Source: an uncultured virus (IMG/VR IMGVR_UViG_3300032282_002789) (taxonomy: Duplodnaviria; Heunggongvirae; Uroviricota; Caudoviricetes). Taken from it: 64,000 bases of DNA. Below the pieces are notes generated by a model. The model was not told where the DNA came from. It saw only the letters and a list, made by a program, of their open reading frames with translations, and made no database searches. Made by a program: the position numbers and the translations under genes. The stretch lies in IMG/VR virus record IMGVR_UViG_3300032282_002789; one strand, 5' to 3'. Of this stretch, positions 19,569-30,205 are shown in pieces; the stretch's first letter is position 1, and each line of letters starts with the position of its first letter.

Positions 19569-20461
19569 GTTTTTTACTAGATGAAGATGAAGCACTTCGT
19601 AACCTGTTAAAGGGTATGACTGTCACAGATCAAAAGGCATCTTCTGCTGCTGCAAAAACGGTAACAAGGAAAGCACTTACTAATAATGTTGTAACTTTAA
19701 CAACTTCTACTAACCATGAATTTGAAGTGGGTGACACCGTAACGGTTTCTGATATAGGTACTCCTTTCAATGGTTCTTACTTAGTTACTGCAATTCCATC
19801 ATTAACTACCTTTAAGTATGCAAAGGTCAATGCAAACATTGTTAGCGTCGTTTCAGGTGGCACGGTAACTCCAGGAACTACTAGAAAAGTGGGAGTCTGG
19901 TTTGGACAACCTGACCAAGAAATTCGTAGTCAGAGTTATCCTTATATAACAATTGATATGATTGATCTTGCTGAAGATTTCCAACGTTCAATGCGTGGTA
20001 AAGCAAAACCAGCCTATTTATCAAACCCAACCACAATTGATGGTACAACTGCCTTTGATGCAACTACTAATGATTGGCAGATTAACTGGCCTATCCCAGT
20101 AAATATTGATTACCAAATTACAACTTACTCTCGTCAACCACGCCATGATCGTGAGATTTTAGCGCAATTGTTATACACAAAAATTCCATTACGATTTGCT
20201 GTTTTAGATACTGGTCCAAATACCAGTGCTGGCACTACACGTCGTTTGGATGTTTTAGATGTTGCTAAAAGAGATATTACAGAACAAGGAAAACGTTTAT
20301 TTGTAAATGCAATAACAGTGCGTGTCTCTAGCGAGATAGCACCAGAACTTTATAACAAGTTCTACAAGGTTCTTGAACTAAACGTCACAGGCACAACTGG
20401 CAGCGCCAAAATTGGTCGTGGTCAATTTACGCCAATCTCGTACACAATACAGGCACCATAA
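19565..20461 (+). CDS. putative tail terminator with inserted beta domain
   Basis: YPYITI, PVNIDYQITTY motifs; directly before sheath. Confidence 0.65.
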   Translation: MSFLLDEDEALRNLLKGMTVTDQKASSAAAKTVTRKALTNNVVTLTTSTNHEFEVGDTVTVSDIGTPFNGSYLVTAIPSLTTFKYAKVNANIVSVVSGGTVTPGTTRKVGVWFGQPDQEIRSQSYPYITIDMIDLAEDFQRSMRGKAKPAYLSNPTTIDGTTAFDATTNDWQINWPIPVNIDYQITTYSRQPRHDREILAQLLYTKIPLRFAVLDTGPNTSAGTTRRLDVLDVAKRDITEQGKRLFVNAITVRVSSEIAPELYNKFYKVLELNVTGTTGSAKIGRGQFTPISYTIQAP

Positions 20462-20493
20462 GGAAACCCCTACCCAACTAGTAAGGAGAAATC

Positions 20494-22005
20494 ATGGCTT
20501 ATAGCCGTCCAGGTGTTTACATTAGTGAGCGCCTATTACCACCAGTAATTCCTAATGGAGTTACTGCAGATGCTGCTGGCGCAGTTGTTGCACCTTTTGC
20601 ACAAGGCCCAGAAACAGTAACGCTTGTTTCATCTTGGTATGAATTTACCAAGTACTTTGGAGGTTACAACGCCTCTTATCCAGCCACTTTTCAAGTTGGC
20701 TCATTCTTTGCTAATGGTGGACGTGAACTTTACGTTCAACGTTTACTAGCATCTAACGCTGTTGCTGCATCTACAAATTTAGTAGATTCAGGTAGCACTC
20801 CACGAGTAACTGTTACATCTAAAAATGCTGGAACAGATGGAAATAATTTACGGGTTGTTATGACTGCTGGTGAAGTTGCTAGTACTTATACACTAACTCT
20901 TTACAAAGAGGCTGGTGTATCAAATGATGTTACTGACGACATTCTTCTTGAACAATATGCAAATATTGTTTTTGATGATGCTACCTCCAGTGACTATGCT
21001 CCAACTGTAATTAATTTGCTATCACCAAATATTTCAGTTGCTGTTTTGACTGGTTATGCTGGTCAAGGTATCACAAGTGCTACTTACCCACTAACAAGCG
21101 GATCAAACGGCACAGCAACAACTTCTACTGATTACACCAACTATAAGGCTGGCGGTTCTTCAGTATTTGAACGCTTTACATCTTTTGATCGTCCACTAGT
21201 AGTCTTCCTTCCAAACGTAAATGCATTGGCTTCTGGAACAGTTGCTGTATTTGATGCTGCAACTTCTTGGGCAACAAATAACAATGGCTTTGTAGTTTTG
21301 GGAACTGATCCTGATTTAACAGTAGCAAATGCAATTTCATTTGCTGGAAGCCTTGCTGATACAAGCAATGCTGCTGTGTACTATCCAAACGTATATGTAG
21401 CCGACCCACTTGGACGTGGTACAGGTGCTCTTCGTAAAATAGAACCAGCGGGTGCTGTAGTTGGTTTATATCTTTCTACTGATGCTAGCCGTGGTGTATT
21501 TAAAGCCCCTGCTGGTATTGCAAGTCCAGTGTTAGGAATTGTTGCTGTAGAAAAAACATTTACATCTACAGAATTAGATTCTATGAATGCAAGTACTTCT
21601 CCTGTAAATCCAATACGTCAAATTCCTGGCGCTGGACTTTCAGTAATGGGTGCTCGCACACTTAAGCAAGATGGAACTGCAAATAAGTATGTAAACATGC
21701 GTCGTTCTTTAATCTACATTCGTAAGAATTTAAAGAACCTAACAGAGTTTGCAATTTTTGAAAACAATGATGAAAAATTGTGGTCACGTATTAACACTAC
21801 TCTTGGTTCATTCTTAAATGAATATCGTAATCAAGGTGGTTTGCGTGGGGCAACTGCTTCACAAGCATATTTTGTAAAGTGCGATGCTGAAAATAACGGC
21901 GCACAAACAATTGCAAATGGTGAAGTACACATCCAAATTGGTGTGGCTCTTCAGTACCCAGCAGAGTTCATCGTCATCGACCTCAGCCAAAAGACGCTGA
22001 ACTAA
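20494..22005 (+). CDS. contractile tail sheath protein
   Basis: PGVYISE, FFANGG, KAPAG, FENNDEKLW, PAEFI motifs. Confidence 0.95.
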   Translation: MAYSRPGVYISERLLPPVIPNGVTADAAGAVVAPFAQGPETVTLVSSWYEFTKYFGGYNASYPATFQVGSFFANGGRELYVQRLLASNAVAASTNLVDSGSTPRVTVTSKNAGTDGNNLRVVMTAGEVASTYTLTLYKEAGVSNDVTDDILLEQYANIVFDDATSSDYAPTVINLLSPNISVAVLTGYAGQGITSATYPLTSGSNGTATTSTDYTNYKAGGSSVFERFTSFDRPLVVFLPNVNALASGTVAVFDAATSWATNNNGFVVLGTDPDLTVANAISFAGSLADTSNAAVYYPNVYVADPLGRGTGALRKIEPAGAVVGLYLSTDASRGVFKAPAGIASPVLGIVAVEKTFTSTELDSMNASTSPVNPIRQIPGAGLSVMGARTLKQDGTANKYVNMRRSLIYIRKNLKNLTEFAIFENNDEKLWSRINTTLGSFLNEYRNQGGLRGATASQAYFVKCDAENNGAQTIANGEVHIQIGVALQYPAEFIVIDLSQKTLN

Positions 22006-22025
22006 TCCGAAGGAGAAATAAATAA

Positions 22026-22631
22026 ATGCCTACAATCATTAATAATCGGTCATCATTAATTACCGATCCAATACGTAACTTTCGGTTTTTAGTTACGTTT
22101 AAAGCACTTCCAACAGCAAGTACAGCCACAACCGCTCTTCAAACAGCGACTCTTGGTTTTACATCTGTATCGGGTATGGCTGTCACAACAGACTCTATTC
22201 CTTACCGTGAAGGTGGGTACAACACTACCGTTCACCAAATTCCAGGACAGACTTCGTTTGCTCCTATTACATTACAACGTGGTGTAATTCTAAATACAAC
22301 CCAAAACTATGACTGGATGCGAAATATGTTTGCAACTGTTCAAGGTGGAGGAACTCGTTCTGCAACTCAGAATTTTCGTTGTGATTTAGAAATTGCAGTA
22401 CTATCACATCCAATTCCTGGTGCTAATCCAGCGGATACAACTGCTGCCCAAACAGACCATGTAGCAATGCGCTTTAATGTGTACAACTGCTGGCCAACTG
22501 CTGTGGCATACTCAGACCTAAACGCTGGTGACAACGCTCTATTTGTTGAACAGATGACTCTAGTCCATGAGGGCTTTGATGTTAACTGGGCAGCAAACCT
22601 AACAACATCAGCAGCAGCATTTCCAGCATAA
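22026..22631 (+). CDS. tail tube protein (T4 gp19-like)
   Basis: DP.RNFRF, GFTSVSG, YREGG, PG...ITLQRG, WP...SDLNA. Confidence 0.92.
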   Translation: MPTIINNRSSLITDPIRNFRFLVTFKALPTASTATTALQTATLGFTSVSGMAVTTDSIPYREGGYNTTVHQIPGQTSFAPITLQRGVILNTTQNYDWMRNMFATVQGGGTRSATQNFRCDLEIAVLSHPIPGANPADTTAAQTDHVAMRFNVYNCWPTAVAYSDLNAGDNALFVEQMTLVHEGFDVNWAANLTTSAAAFPA

Positions 22632-22649
22632 TCTAACAAAAGGATAACA

Positions 22650-23453
22650 ATGACGAATACAATTAATGCAGCGGTTAATCCCGTATTGGCAAACGATATG
22701 TTAAACAAGGCGCTAAATGAAACGCCAAAAGAAGTACTGCCTGAAATCAATTCACCTTCGGATACAACTGTTGATCTTCCTGGTGGCTTTATTACAGCCA
22801 CTGGGGAGATCATCAGAACTGCTGAGGTTCGTGAACTTACAGGTAGAGATGAAGAGGCTATTGCAAAAACAAGTAACATTGGAAAAGCCTTAATGATTAT
22901 TTTGCAACGTGGAACGGTTCAAATTGGTAATGAAAAAGCAGATGAAAAAATGCTTGATCAATTACTAATTGGAGATCGAGATGCTCTCTTGCTTGGAATT
23001 TTAAGAGTTACTTTTGGTAACAAAGTTAAAATTCCAGTATTTTTAGATGGTGAAGAAAAATTAGTAGAAGTAGATATCCTTGTTGATATTAAAAATAAAA
23101 TTCTTACTGATCCACTAAATGATCGTATGTTTACGGTTAAGGGTAAAAAGAATCAATTTACTGTTCGTCTTCCAGATGGAATTGTTCAAAAGAAAATGAT
23201 TGATAATATGGACAAGACGTCAGCAGAACTAAGCACTATTGTACTAGAGGGAACAGTTACTCAAATTGATTCTGCTCCAGTGTATAGTGCCGCACAAGTT
23301 CAAGCACTTAGCGTTATTGATCGTAGAACAATAATTGATGAAATTAATAAAAGAGCACCTGGTCCTCAATTTGAGGATGTAGTTGTTACAGACCCAGACA
23401 CAGGAAGTGAGGTACTGGTTCCTATTAATTTAGGATCCTTATTTCAGTTCTAG
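22650..23453 (+). CDS. tail assembly chaperone / T4 gp26-like hub protein
   Basis: VRELTGRDEE, GDRDALLLGI; between tube and tape measure. Confidence 0.75.
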   Translation: MTNTINAAVNPVLANDMLNKALNETPKEVLPEINSPSDTTVDLPGGFITATGEIIRTAEVRELTGRDEEAIAKTSNIGKALMIILQRGTVQIGNEKADEKMLDQLLIGDRDALLLGILRVTFGNKVKIPVFLDGEEKLVEVDILVDIKNKILTDPLNDRMFTVKGKKNQFTVRLPDGIVQKKMIDNMDKTSAELSTIVLEGTVTQIDSAPVYSAAQVQALSVIDRRTIIDEINKRAPGPQFEDVVVTDPDTGSEVLVPINLGSLFQF

Positions 23454-23613
23454 TAATACGAGTTATGGGCAACTATTCTATGAGTGGTCGGCATTAACTC
23501 AAACGTATAAAGGCTGGTCTCTAGAGGACATAAAAAGTATGTCTAAAAGAGAAAGATTAAATTGGTTAGAAGTTGCCAAGATAAGAGTAGGAAGGAATTT
23601 AAATGGCGAGTAA
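23434..23613 (+). CDS. start-less +1 frame, probable frameshift extension of the tail chaperone
   Basis: open frame ...GWSLEDIKSMSKRERLNWL; no ATG/GTG/TTG before the motif; overlaps the chaperone 3' end. Confidence 0.6.
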   Translation, partial: DPYFSSSNTSYGQLFYEWSALTQTYKGWSLEDIKSMSKRERLNWLEVAKIRVGRNLNGE

Positions 23614-25645
23614 TGATCCATTAAAAGACCTTTCGGGTGCCACAAAAGGCCTTAAAGAACTTAACAAAGAAGTAGACCAACTTGAAAAATCTTTAAAACG
23701 TGTAAAGGGTTTAGTTGGTGGAACTCTTTCAGGAGTTAAAAATATTTTATCTCCCAGTGTTGGTCAAGGCACCAGCATGGGGTTGGGCGTATCAAATGCT
23801 CAATTTAGTAACGGTGCTGGTGGTGGTGGCGGCAACGTACAGATGCCGTGGTTAGTTTCTAAGATAGGATTATCAGGAACAGTTGGAGCACAGATTGGTT
23901 TAGGCGTTGCATCTGCTGCATACGCTGGTCTTCCAGACATGTCAACAGTAATGCCTCGTGCTGCTGGTTTTTACAATGCAACACGACGTATGCCAGGAAT
24001 GAATAGAAGTGCTTTAACTGCTGCATCCTTCAGTGCTATTGGTGGTGGAATTACAGGGCCTGGAGAAGATGTTGCAGCAGCAAATGTTCTTAGTCTTGGA
24101 TATGGATTAAGTGGTGGAGCAAACTTCTTGCAATCAATGCGAGAAGTAAAGGGTGCAGCATTAGGATATAACATGCCAAACGCAACTGCAGCAATGGCTA
24201 TTGGTGGATTGCACACGGGTGATATGAGTGCGAATCTTTATCAATATGGAATTAGTACTCTTGATGTAAAAACTGGCAAAGCACGAACAATGGATGATAT
24301 TGCAACACAAGTTTATCGTAAAGTGTATGGAACCAAAAAACTAACAGCAGCACAACAAGAGTTCTCTTTGCGTGAGGGTTCTTTAAATAGAGTTATGAAT
24401 GATCTTGGGTTTAGTCAAGAAACTCAATCGTTAATGCGTCCTATGCTTTCACAAATTAGTCAAGGACAAAAACCAAGTTTATTAAATGAAACTGGAAAAG
24501 ATAATCCAGCATCAGATTTTTACAGACAACAAACAGCAAACGCAAAACTTACAGATACAGTAACAGATGACATGCTTGCAGGTTATAAAAAAGCAACTGA
24601 TGCTGTTGTTATTTTTAATGCGGCATTAGAAAAAACTCCAAGTTACATTCTTCAACTTAAGGGTGCTATTGATGGTGTATCGGGTACACCTTTGGGAAAT
24701 TCAAGTAGTGAATTACTTAATACTGCAAAAACCGTAGGCTTAACTGTCTTAGGTTATAAGGGACTTCAAAAATTAGGAGTAGTTGGTAAAAGTGGGGGTG
24801 CAGCAGTAACTGCAACTGCTAAATCAGGCGCTGCAGCCGTTGCTAAAAAGGCAGGCCTTGCTGGATTAACTTACTCTGGTTTTGAAGCAGCACAAAACCT
24901 TTTAAATAAATTACCAGTTCCAGATACAGTTCGTAAAATTGGAAATATTGCTTTTGATACTGCTGAGGGTGCTGCTACTGGTTTTGCAGCAACTGGGAAT
25001 CCTTTTGTTGCAATTGGTACTGCAGTTGTTGGTGGTGGCATGAGTATAAAAAATCCAGTACAAGTTGGAAATAAAATTATAGATCAAAATAAATTACCAT
25101 CTCCTATACAGGGGAATGCTAGTGAAAACCAATGGGCAACAGATGTTCTTAAAAAAGTTGGTGCACCAGTAACATCAGAAAATCTTGCAGCACTTACAAC
25201 TTGGATGAGGTTTGAAGGAGGAGGCGGAGGTAAAGCCACTGGTCTTGGAAAAAATTCTGCTAATTGGAATCCATTAAACACAACTCAAGGTGCTCCTGGT
25301 TCTACTTCTATGAATTCTGTTGGGGTTCAGTCTTACCTTTCAAAAGATCAAGGATTAGATGCAACAGTTAAAACGCTTCAAAACGGTAACTATGGTCAAG
25401 TCCTTTCGGCATTAAAAGAAGGAAAAAGTTCATCTGCTGTTTTAGCCGCTGTTGCAGCGTCTCCTTGGGGAACTTTTCAAGGAGCAAGAGATACTTCTGG
25501 AGCAAGTATAAGTGGCGGATCAAAAACTGTAAATATTAATCTTACAATTGGCAAAGCCTCTGAGGCTGAAGCAACTGCATTTGCTAAAAGAATTAAAGAA
25601 CTATTAATGCAAGATAAAGATCTATCATCGATGGGAAGTAAATAA
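23603..25645 (+). CDS. tape measure protein with C-terminal lysozyme-like domain
   Basis: Ala/Gly-rich; WMRFEGG...NPLNTT...GLDATVKTL; position. Confidence 0.8.
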   Translation: MASNDPLKDLSGATKGLKELNKEVDQLEKSLKRVKGLVGGTLSGVKNILSPSVGQGTSMGLGVSNAQFSNGAGGGGGNVQMPWLVSKIGLSGTVGAQIGLGVASAAYAGLPDMSTVMPRAAGFYNATRRMPGMNRSALTAASFSAIGGGITGPGEDVAAANVLSLGYGLSGGANFLQSMREVKGAALGYNMPNATAAMAIGGLHTGDMSANLYQYGISTLDVKTGKARTMDDIATQVYRKVYGTKKLTAAQQEFSLREGSLNRVMNDLGFSQETQSLMRPMLSQISQGQKPSLLNETGKDNPASDFYRQQTANAKLTDTVTDDMLAGYKKATDAVVIFNAALEKTPSYILQLKGAIDGVSGTPLGNSSSELLNTAKTVGLTVLGYKGLQKLGVVGKSGGAAVTATAKSGAAAVAKKAGLAGLTYSGFEAAQNLLNKLPVPDTVRKIGNIAFDTAEGAATGFAATGNPFVAIGTAVVGGGMSIKNPVQVGNKIIDQNKLPSPIQGNASENQWATDVLKKVGAPVTSENLAALTTWMRFEGGGGGKATGLGKNSANWNPLNTTQGAPGSTSMNSVGVQSYLSKDQGLDATVKTLQNGNYGQVLSALKEGKSSSAVLAAVAASPWGTFQGARDTSGASISGGSKTVNINLTIGKASEAEATAFAKRIKELLMQDKDLSSMGSK

Positions 25646-26715
25646 TGTCTGAAAATAGTGGACCAGGACAATACTCAAGACCAGGATCTGCATTTTTTGG
25701 ATTACCTTATTTAGGATTGACAAATAATGCAAAAAGTTCGGCATTAGCAAAAGAACAAGCCGCTGCTGCGGCTTTAAAAATTTCAACTCAACAAAAAATT
25801 TCTCAACAAATAGCACAGGCTAAAAAACAAGCAGCAAAAATAATTAGTGATGCAAAAACAAGTGCATCAACAATTAAAGCATCAGCAAAGGCTGCAAATT
25901 TAACAGGAAATGATGGGCCACCACCGCCAAAAGGCGGCTATTACTATAATGCTCCAATGGTTAAGTATGCTTATTTTAATAACCTTGGAACTCAGGAACA
26001 AATTGCAGGTGTAGCAAATGCTCCAGGTAATTTTGGTCAAGGAGAAGATGCTTGGTCTAATAACTATGGTGCTAAAGGTGTTATTCAAATGGATAGAGCA
26101 ACCGTTTCTAATTATGCAAATACTATTATTCAAGGGAATACCTATGATCCAAATCTTTATGGTTTTAAATTTTTGTATAACCCTACAGAAGTTTCTATGG
26201 GTTGGGGCGTTGCAGAGGGAATGAACTGGGAAGGTGTTAGAGCAGGACTTGATGCTGGAGGTAATGCCTTTACTCAAGCATTGCAAAATAGCCGTATTTC
26301 TTTTTCTTTGTTATTAAATAGAACTTTAGATATGAATTATTTAGATTCAAATGGATTAGTACCAGGATTAACTAGTCCATATCCAACTTGGGATAAACCA
26401 CAGGGTAGAACTGAAAATGATGAGTTAGCAGAAATTTATAGAAAAGGAACTATGTACGACATGGAGTATTTATTTAGAACAATTATGGGAGTAAATTCAA
26501 CTTTTAACAGTGTACTTTTACCTGGACGTACAGCAGATTTTGGTTGGTTACAGGGTGTTGCAGTCCAATTGCACTTAGGTAGCAGCCTTAGATATTTGGT
26601 TCGTATAAGTTCACTAGATGTAACTCATGCACTATTTAACGATCGAATGGTTCCTACTCTTTCTTATTTAAATGTTACTTGTTCCCGTTTCAACGACGAC
26701 TCTATGTCTCGATAA
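25645..26715 (+). CDS. putative tube initiator/baseplate protein
   Basis: FLYNPTEV, H.LFN.RMVP motifs; position. Confidence 0.6.
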   Translation: MSENSGPGQYSRPGSAFFGLPYLGLTNNAKSSALAKEQAAAAALKISTQQKISQQIAQAKKQAAKIISDAKTSASTIKASAKAANLTGNDGPPPPKGGYYYNAPMVKYAYFNNLGTQEQIAGVANAPGNFGQGEDAWSNNYGAKGVIQMDRATVSNYANTIIQGNTYDPNLYGFKFLYNPTEVSMGWGVAEGMNWEGVRAGLDAGGNAFTQALQNSRISFSLLLNRTLDMNYLDSNGLVPGLTSPYPTWDKPQGRTENDELAEIYRKGTMYDMEYLFRTIMGVNSTFNSVLLPGRTADFGWLQGVAVQLHLGSSLRYLVRISSLDVTHALFNDRMVPTLSYLNVTCSRFNDDSMSR

Positions 26716-26723
26716 GGATAAAA

Positions 26724-26999
26724 ATGATATTTTTAGATAGCAGATACGTAGACGGCACTCTTACTAAAACTTGGAATTCTAGAAAACAACAATATGATCT
26801 TGTTGTTTTAAGAAATTGGTCTACTTATGTTCAATCTTATTTTTACTATACTTGGGTAGAAACAGACCGTTTAGATAATTTAGCCACTAAATATTTAGGA
26901 AACCCTTCTATGTGGTGGGAAATTATGGACATTAATCCTGAAATTTTAGATCCTCTTACCATAACTCCAGGAACTCAACTAAGGATTCCAAATGCGTGA
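26724..26999 (+). CDS. LysM-like baseplate wedge (tail X/gp53-like)
   Basis: DRLDNLATKYLGNPSMWWEI.DINP...GTQLRIP. Confidence 0.85.
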   Translation: MIFLDSRYVDGTLTKTWNSRKQQYDLVVLRNWSTYVQSYFYYTWVETDRLDNLATKYLGNPSMWWEIMDINPEILDPLTITPGTQLRIPNA

Positions 27000-28248
27000 T
27001 CCTCATTTGCAAGATAGACTTCATAATTCTTTTAAAGTTTCATATCCAGATTTTCCTAGTATAACTGGAACAGTAAGGTCTATAACTATTCATCAAGAAA
27101 TGGGAAAACACGATATTGTAGAACTTCGGTACCCGTTATTTAATAGTGCTTATTTTGATGCAATTAAAACTGGTGTGCCAGTAGAAGTAACTTGGAAAAA
27201 TGATAAAGTCTCTGGAAGGTTTACTGGTTACACAGTAAATGTTTCACACGTGGTATCTCAACAATTTGATAGAAGTGTAAAAATTTTATGTGTGGGTGCT
27301 TCGTATCCGTTAAAAGAACGTGCATCTAAAATTTGGATAAATAAAACAGCCAGTGAAATTGCAACTGATATTGCAACAAAGTTTAAATTAAATCCAAAAA
27401 TTACTCCAAGTGCAATTAGATTTACTCAACAATCTTTGGCTGGTCATTCTTACTGGGAAAAATTAAATGAACTTGCAACACGTATTGGCTATGGTGTACA
27501 AGTAGTTGGTACAGAACTTCATTTTCATCCTATAGATAAAATGATTGATCAGTTTATGACAACTATTCCAAGCATGGCTTTTACGACTCCTTTAGAGCAT
27601 CCCTCAAGCAAAATGGTTGGTCCAACGTTAGAGTTTTTTGAACCAAAAATTGGTGATTTTTTAGAATCAAATGATTACTCTAGAACAAATCCCGTGGTAA
27701 GTGGTGTAGATCCAGTAACTGGAAAAACTTATTCTGTTAAATCGTCGTCTAATACAGTTGGAAAAAAACTAAGAAAAACAACAAAGGACCCTCTTTTTTC
27801 TAGTATAGAGACACGTACGGTTATTGAAAGTGGTGCTATGGCTAAATCATTAGCCGATGCAAGAGCGCAGTTAGGGCGTTTTGGAATTTCAGCCAAGGGT
27901 ATTGGTCAAGGTGACCCACGGATTGCTCCTTGGAGAACTATTGAAGTCTCTGGAACTGGGGCACAAAGTGATGGTTTTTGGATTGTAAATAAAGCCCAAC
28001 ACGTTATGGTAGGAGATGGGCGATATGAGGTTGAGTTCACTTGTTTAGCAGACGGTACGGGAAGCAACAAACCAACTGCCTTTAGACCGTCTTCTGCGGG
28101 AACTGTTCCTGTAAGAAATGTAAAACATGAGGTGGCTACGAACAACATGGGAAAGCCAACATCTACTAAACTAAGTTCTGCTGTAAAAATGGTTAAACAA
28201 ACAGGTGCGGGCTATAAGATTACGCCTAGAAGATGGAGCGGTAAATAA
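26992..28248 (+). CDS. baseplate hub (gpD/gp27/VgrG-like)
   Basis: TASEIA, SYWEKL..LA, GDPRI, GFWIV..A.H motifs. Confidence 0.8.
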   Translation: MRDPHLQDRLHNSFKVSYPDFPSITGTVRSITIHQEMGKHDIVELRYPLFNSAYFDAIKTGVPVEVTWKNDKVSGRFTGYTVNVSHVVSQQFDRSVKILCVGASYPLKERASKIWINKTASEIATDIATKFKLNPKITPSAIRFTQQSLAGHSYWEKLNELATRIGYGVQVVGTELHFHPIDKMIDQFMTTIPSMAFTTPLEHPSSKMVGPTLEFFEPKIGDFLESNDYSRTNPVVSGVDPVTGKTYSVKSSSNTVGKKLRKTTKDPLFSSIETRTVIESGAMAKSLADARAQLGRFGISAKGIGQGDPRIAPWRTIEVSGTGAQSDGFWIVNKAQHVMVGDGRYEVEFTCLADGTGSNKPTAFRPSSAGTVPVRNVKHEVATNNMGKPTSTKLSSAVKMVKQTGAGYKITPRRWSGK

Positions 28249-28649
28249 TGGCTGAAAAAACTATATCTCTCCCCTTTTCAGTTGATTCCTATGGGAACAT
28301 ATCTTCAACATCTACTCAATCTAAAATATGGGCAGATAAAGTAAGGTCTGTTTTAGGGACCACTGTTCGTGAACGTGTAATGCGTTCAGGATTTGGAACT
28401 CTTATTCCTTTTTCTTTATTTGATACTGAATCATCAGCAATGTCTCAGGTTAAAACTGAAGTAAATAAAGCATTTATTACACAACTTTCTTTATTAAGGC
28501 TTGATAAAACAACTGTAACTATAGATGAATATACGAGAGTATTAACAATTGAGGTTGTATACGCATTGCCAAACAACGAAGTAGTAAGCACCGTCGTTGG
28601 TGTGGCACTTATTGATGGTGCTAATCCAATCTATGAGGAGTTGCTATGA
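28248..28649 (+). CDS. GPW/gp25 baseplate protein
   Basis: SVLGTT..ERVMR..FG motif. Confidence 0.85.
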   Translation: MAEKTISLPFSVDSYGNISSTSTQSKIWADKVRSVLGTTVRERVMRSGFGTLIPFSLFDTESSAMSQVKTEVNKAFITQLSLLRLDKTTVTIDEYTRVLTIEVVYALPNNEVVSTVVGVALIDGANPIYEELL

Positions 28650-30205
28650 GCATAGCCCCAGTATCAAGTATCCCAGTATCAATTGATTACACTGGAAGAG
28701 ACTACTATTCTTTAAGAGAAGCATTAATTGCTAGAATTCAGGAACGAGTACCAGATTGGACAGCGGCTGACCCAGCAGATTTTGGTGTTGCTTTAGTAGA
28801 GGCTTTTGCTTATCTTGGCGATGTTGTTTCTTATTACATTGATAGAACTGCAAATGAAGCATTTTTACAAACAGCCGTACAAAGAAGCAGTCTTTTAAAT
28901 ATTGCTCAAACGTTTGGATACATACCTGCTGGGTATAGACAAGCCTCACTAACTTTAACTTTTAGTAACTCTTCGGACACTTCAGTAACTATACCTAGTG
29001 GCTCTGTTATTTCTGGTGACGTTGTAGTTGGAGATGCCGTAATACCAGTGTATTTTACAACTACTGAAACAGCAGTTATTTCTGCAATAAGTGGAGAATC
29101 TCCAGGAACTGATACCGTAAATGCAACTGAAGGACGATCAGTATTACTAGTAGCAGAAGATGTCAATACTTATGGAGAGTTAATTGGAACCTCTAATGGA
29201 ACTCCTGACATGTCCTTTGAACTTGGAGAAAGTCCTGTAGTAGATGGTTCTATAGAAATTTATATACAAGATGGAGATATTTATTCTAAATGGACACAGG
29301 TACAGCATTTAATTGATTACGGTCCAACAGACCTTGTGTATGCGGTTTTTACAGATGATAATAATGTTGTGTCAATTAATTTTGGTGACGGTGTATCTGG
29401 CGTAATACCAACGTCTTATTCAGAAATTAGAGCAAAATACACTATTGGTGGTGGAGCAATTGGTAACGTACCTACTGACATAGTAACTACAATTACTTCT
29501 GTAACTGGTCTTTCCGAAGCACAAGTAACTGCACTTCAAGGAGATGTAACAGTAACAAATTCAACTGTTGGTGTTGGTGGTGCAGATCCAGAAAGTAATG
29601 ATCAAATACGTTTGTCTGCTCCAGCAGCATTAAGGTCTGGAAATAGAGCCGTAACATTAAAAGATTTTTCAGATATTGCAGTTGCTGTGTCTGGTGTTGG
29701 AAAAGCAAATGCAACTGCTTCTATTTGGACTTCAGTTACACTGTATATATCTCCAAGTAGAACAGCAACAGACACAGATATTGCACCTGGATTAGATGAT
29801 AACGGGGATCCAACTGTTGAATTTACAACAATTAAAACACTTGTTGAAACAGCATTAGCAGATAAAGTATTAATAGGAACAACCGTTACCGTTTCAGAAC
29901 CAACTTATATTGATGTAATTGTTAACTTTCAATATGTAAAGTTACCTCAATACACAACCACCGAGGTGTTAACCAACCTTAAAAACTCATTGTTGACTGG
30001 ATTTGGTTATAATGGAGTTAAATTCCAAGACACAATTTATCCTCAAGACATTGAGTTTGTTCTTCAACAAGCGGCTGGAGTAAAAACTGTAAAAGTAACT
30101 CTTCTTTATGAGTATGGTGCAGGAAGTGCACTTACAACCCTATCTGGTAGTCCTGGAGAAATCTTTAGATTTAGCGAAGCAAATTTAAATATTAGTGAGG
30201 CGTAA
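28646..30205 (+). CDS. baseplate wedge (gpJ/gp6-like)
   Basis: DYTGRDY, DFGVALVE, FGDGVSG, GGADPES, RAVTLKD. Confidence 0.9.
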   Translation: MSIAPVSSIPVSIDYTGRDYYSLREALIARIQERVPDWTAADPADFGVALVEAFAYLGDVVSYYIDRTANEAFLQTAVQRSSLLNIAQTFGYIPAGYRQASLTLTFSNSSDTSVTIPSGSVISGDVVVGDAVIPVYFTTTETAVISAISGESPGTDTVNATEGRSVLLVAEDVNTYGELIGTSNGTPDMSFELGESPVVDGSIEIYIQDGDIYSKWTQVQHLIDYGPTDLVYAVFTDDNNVVSINFGDGVSGVIPTSYSEIRAKYTIGGGAIGNVPTDIVTTITSVTGLSEAQVTALQGDVTVTNSTVGVGGADPESNDQIRLSAPAALRSGNRAVTLKDFSDIAVAVSGVGKANATASIWTSVTLYISPSRTATDTDIAPGLDDNGDPTVEFTTIKTLVETALADKVLIGTTVTVSEPTYIDVIVNFQYVKLPQYTTTEVLTNLKNSLLTGFGYNGVKFQDTIYPQDIEFVLQQAAGVKTVKVTLLYEYGAGSALTTLSGSPGEIFRFSEANLNISEA

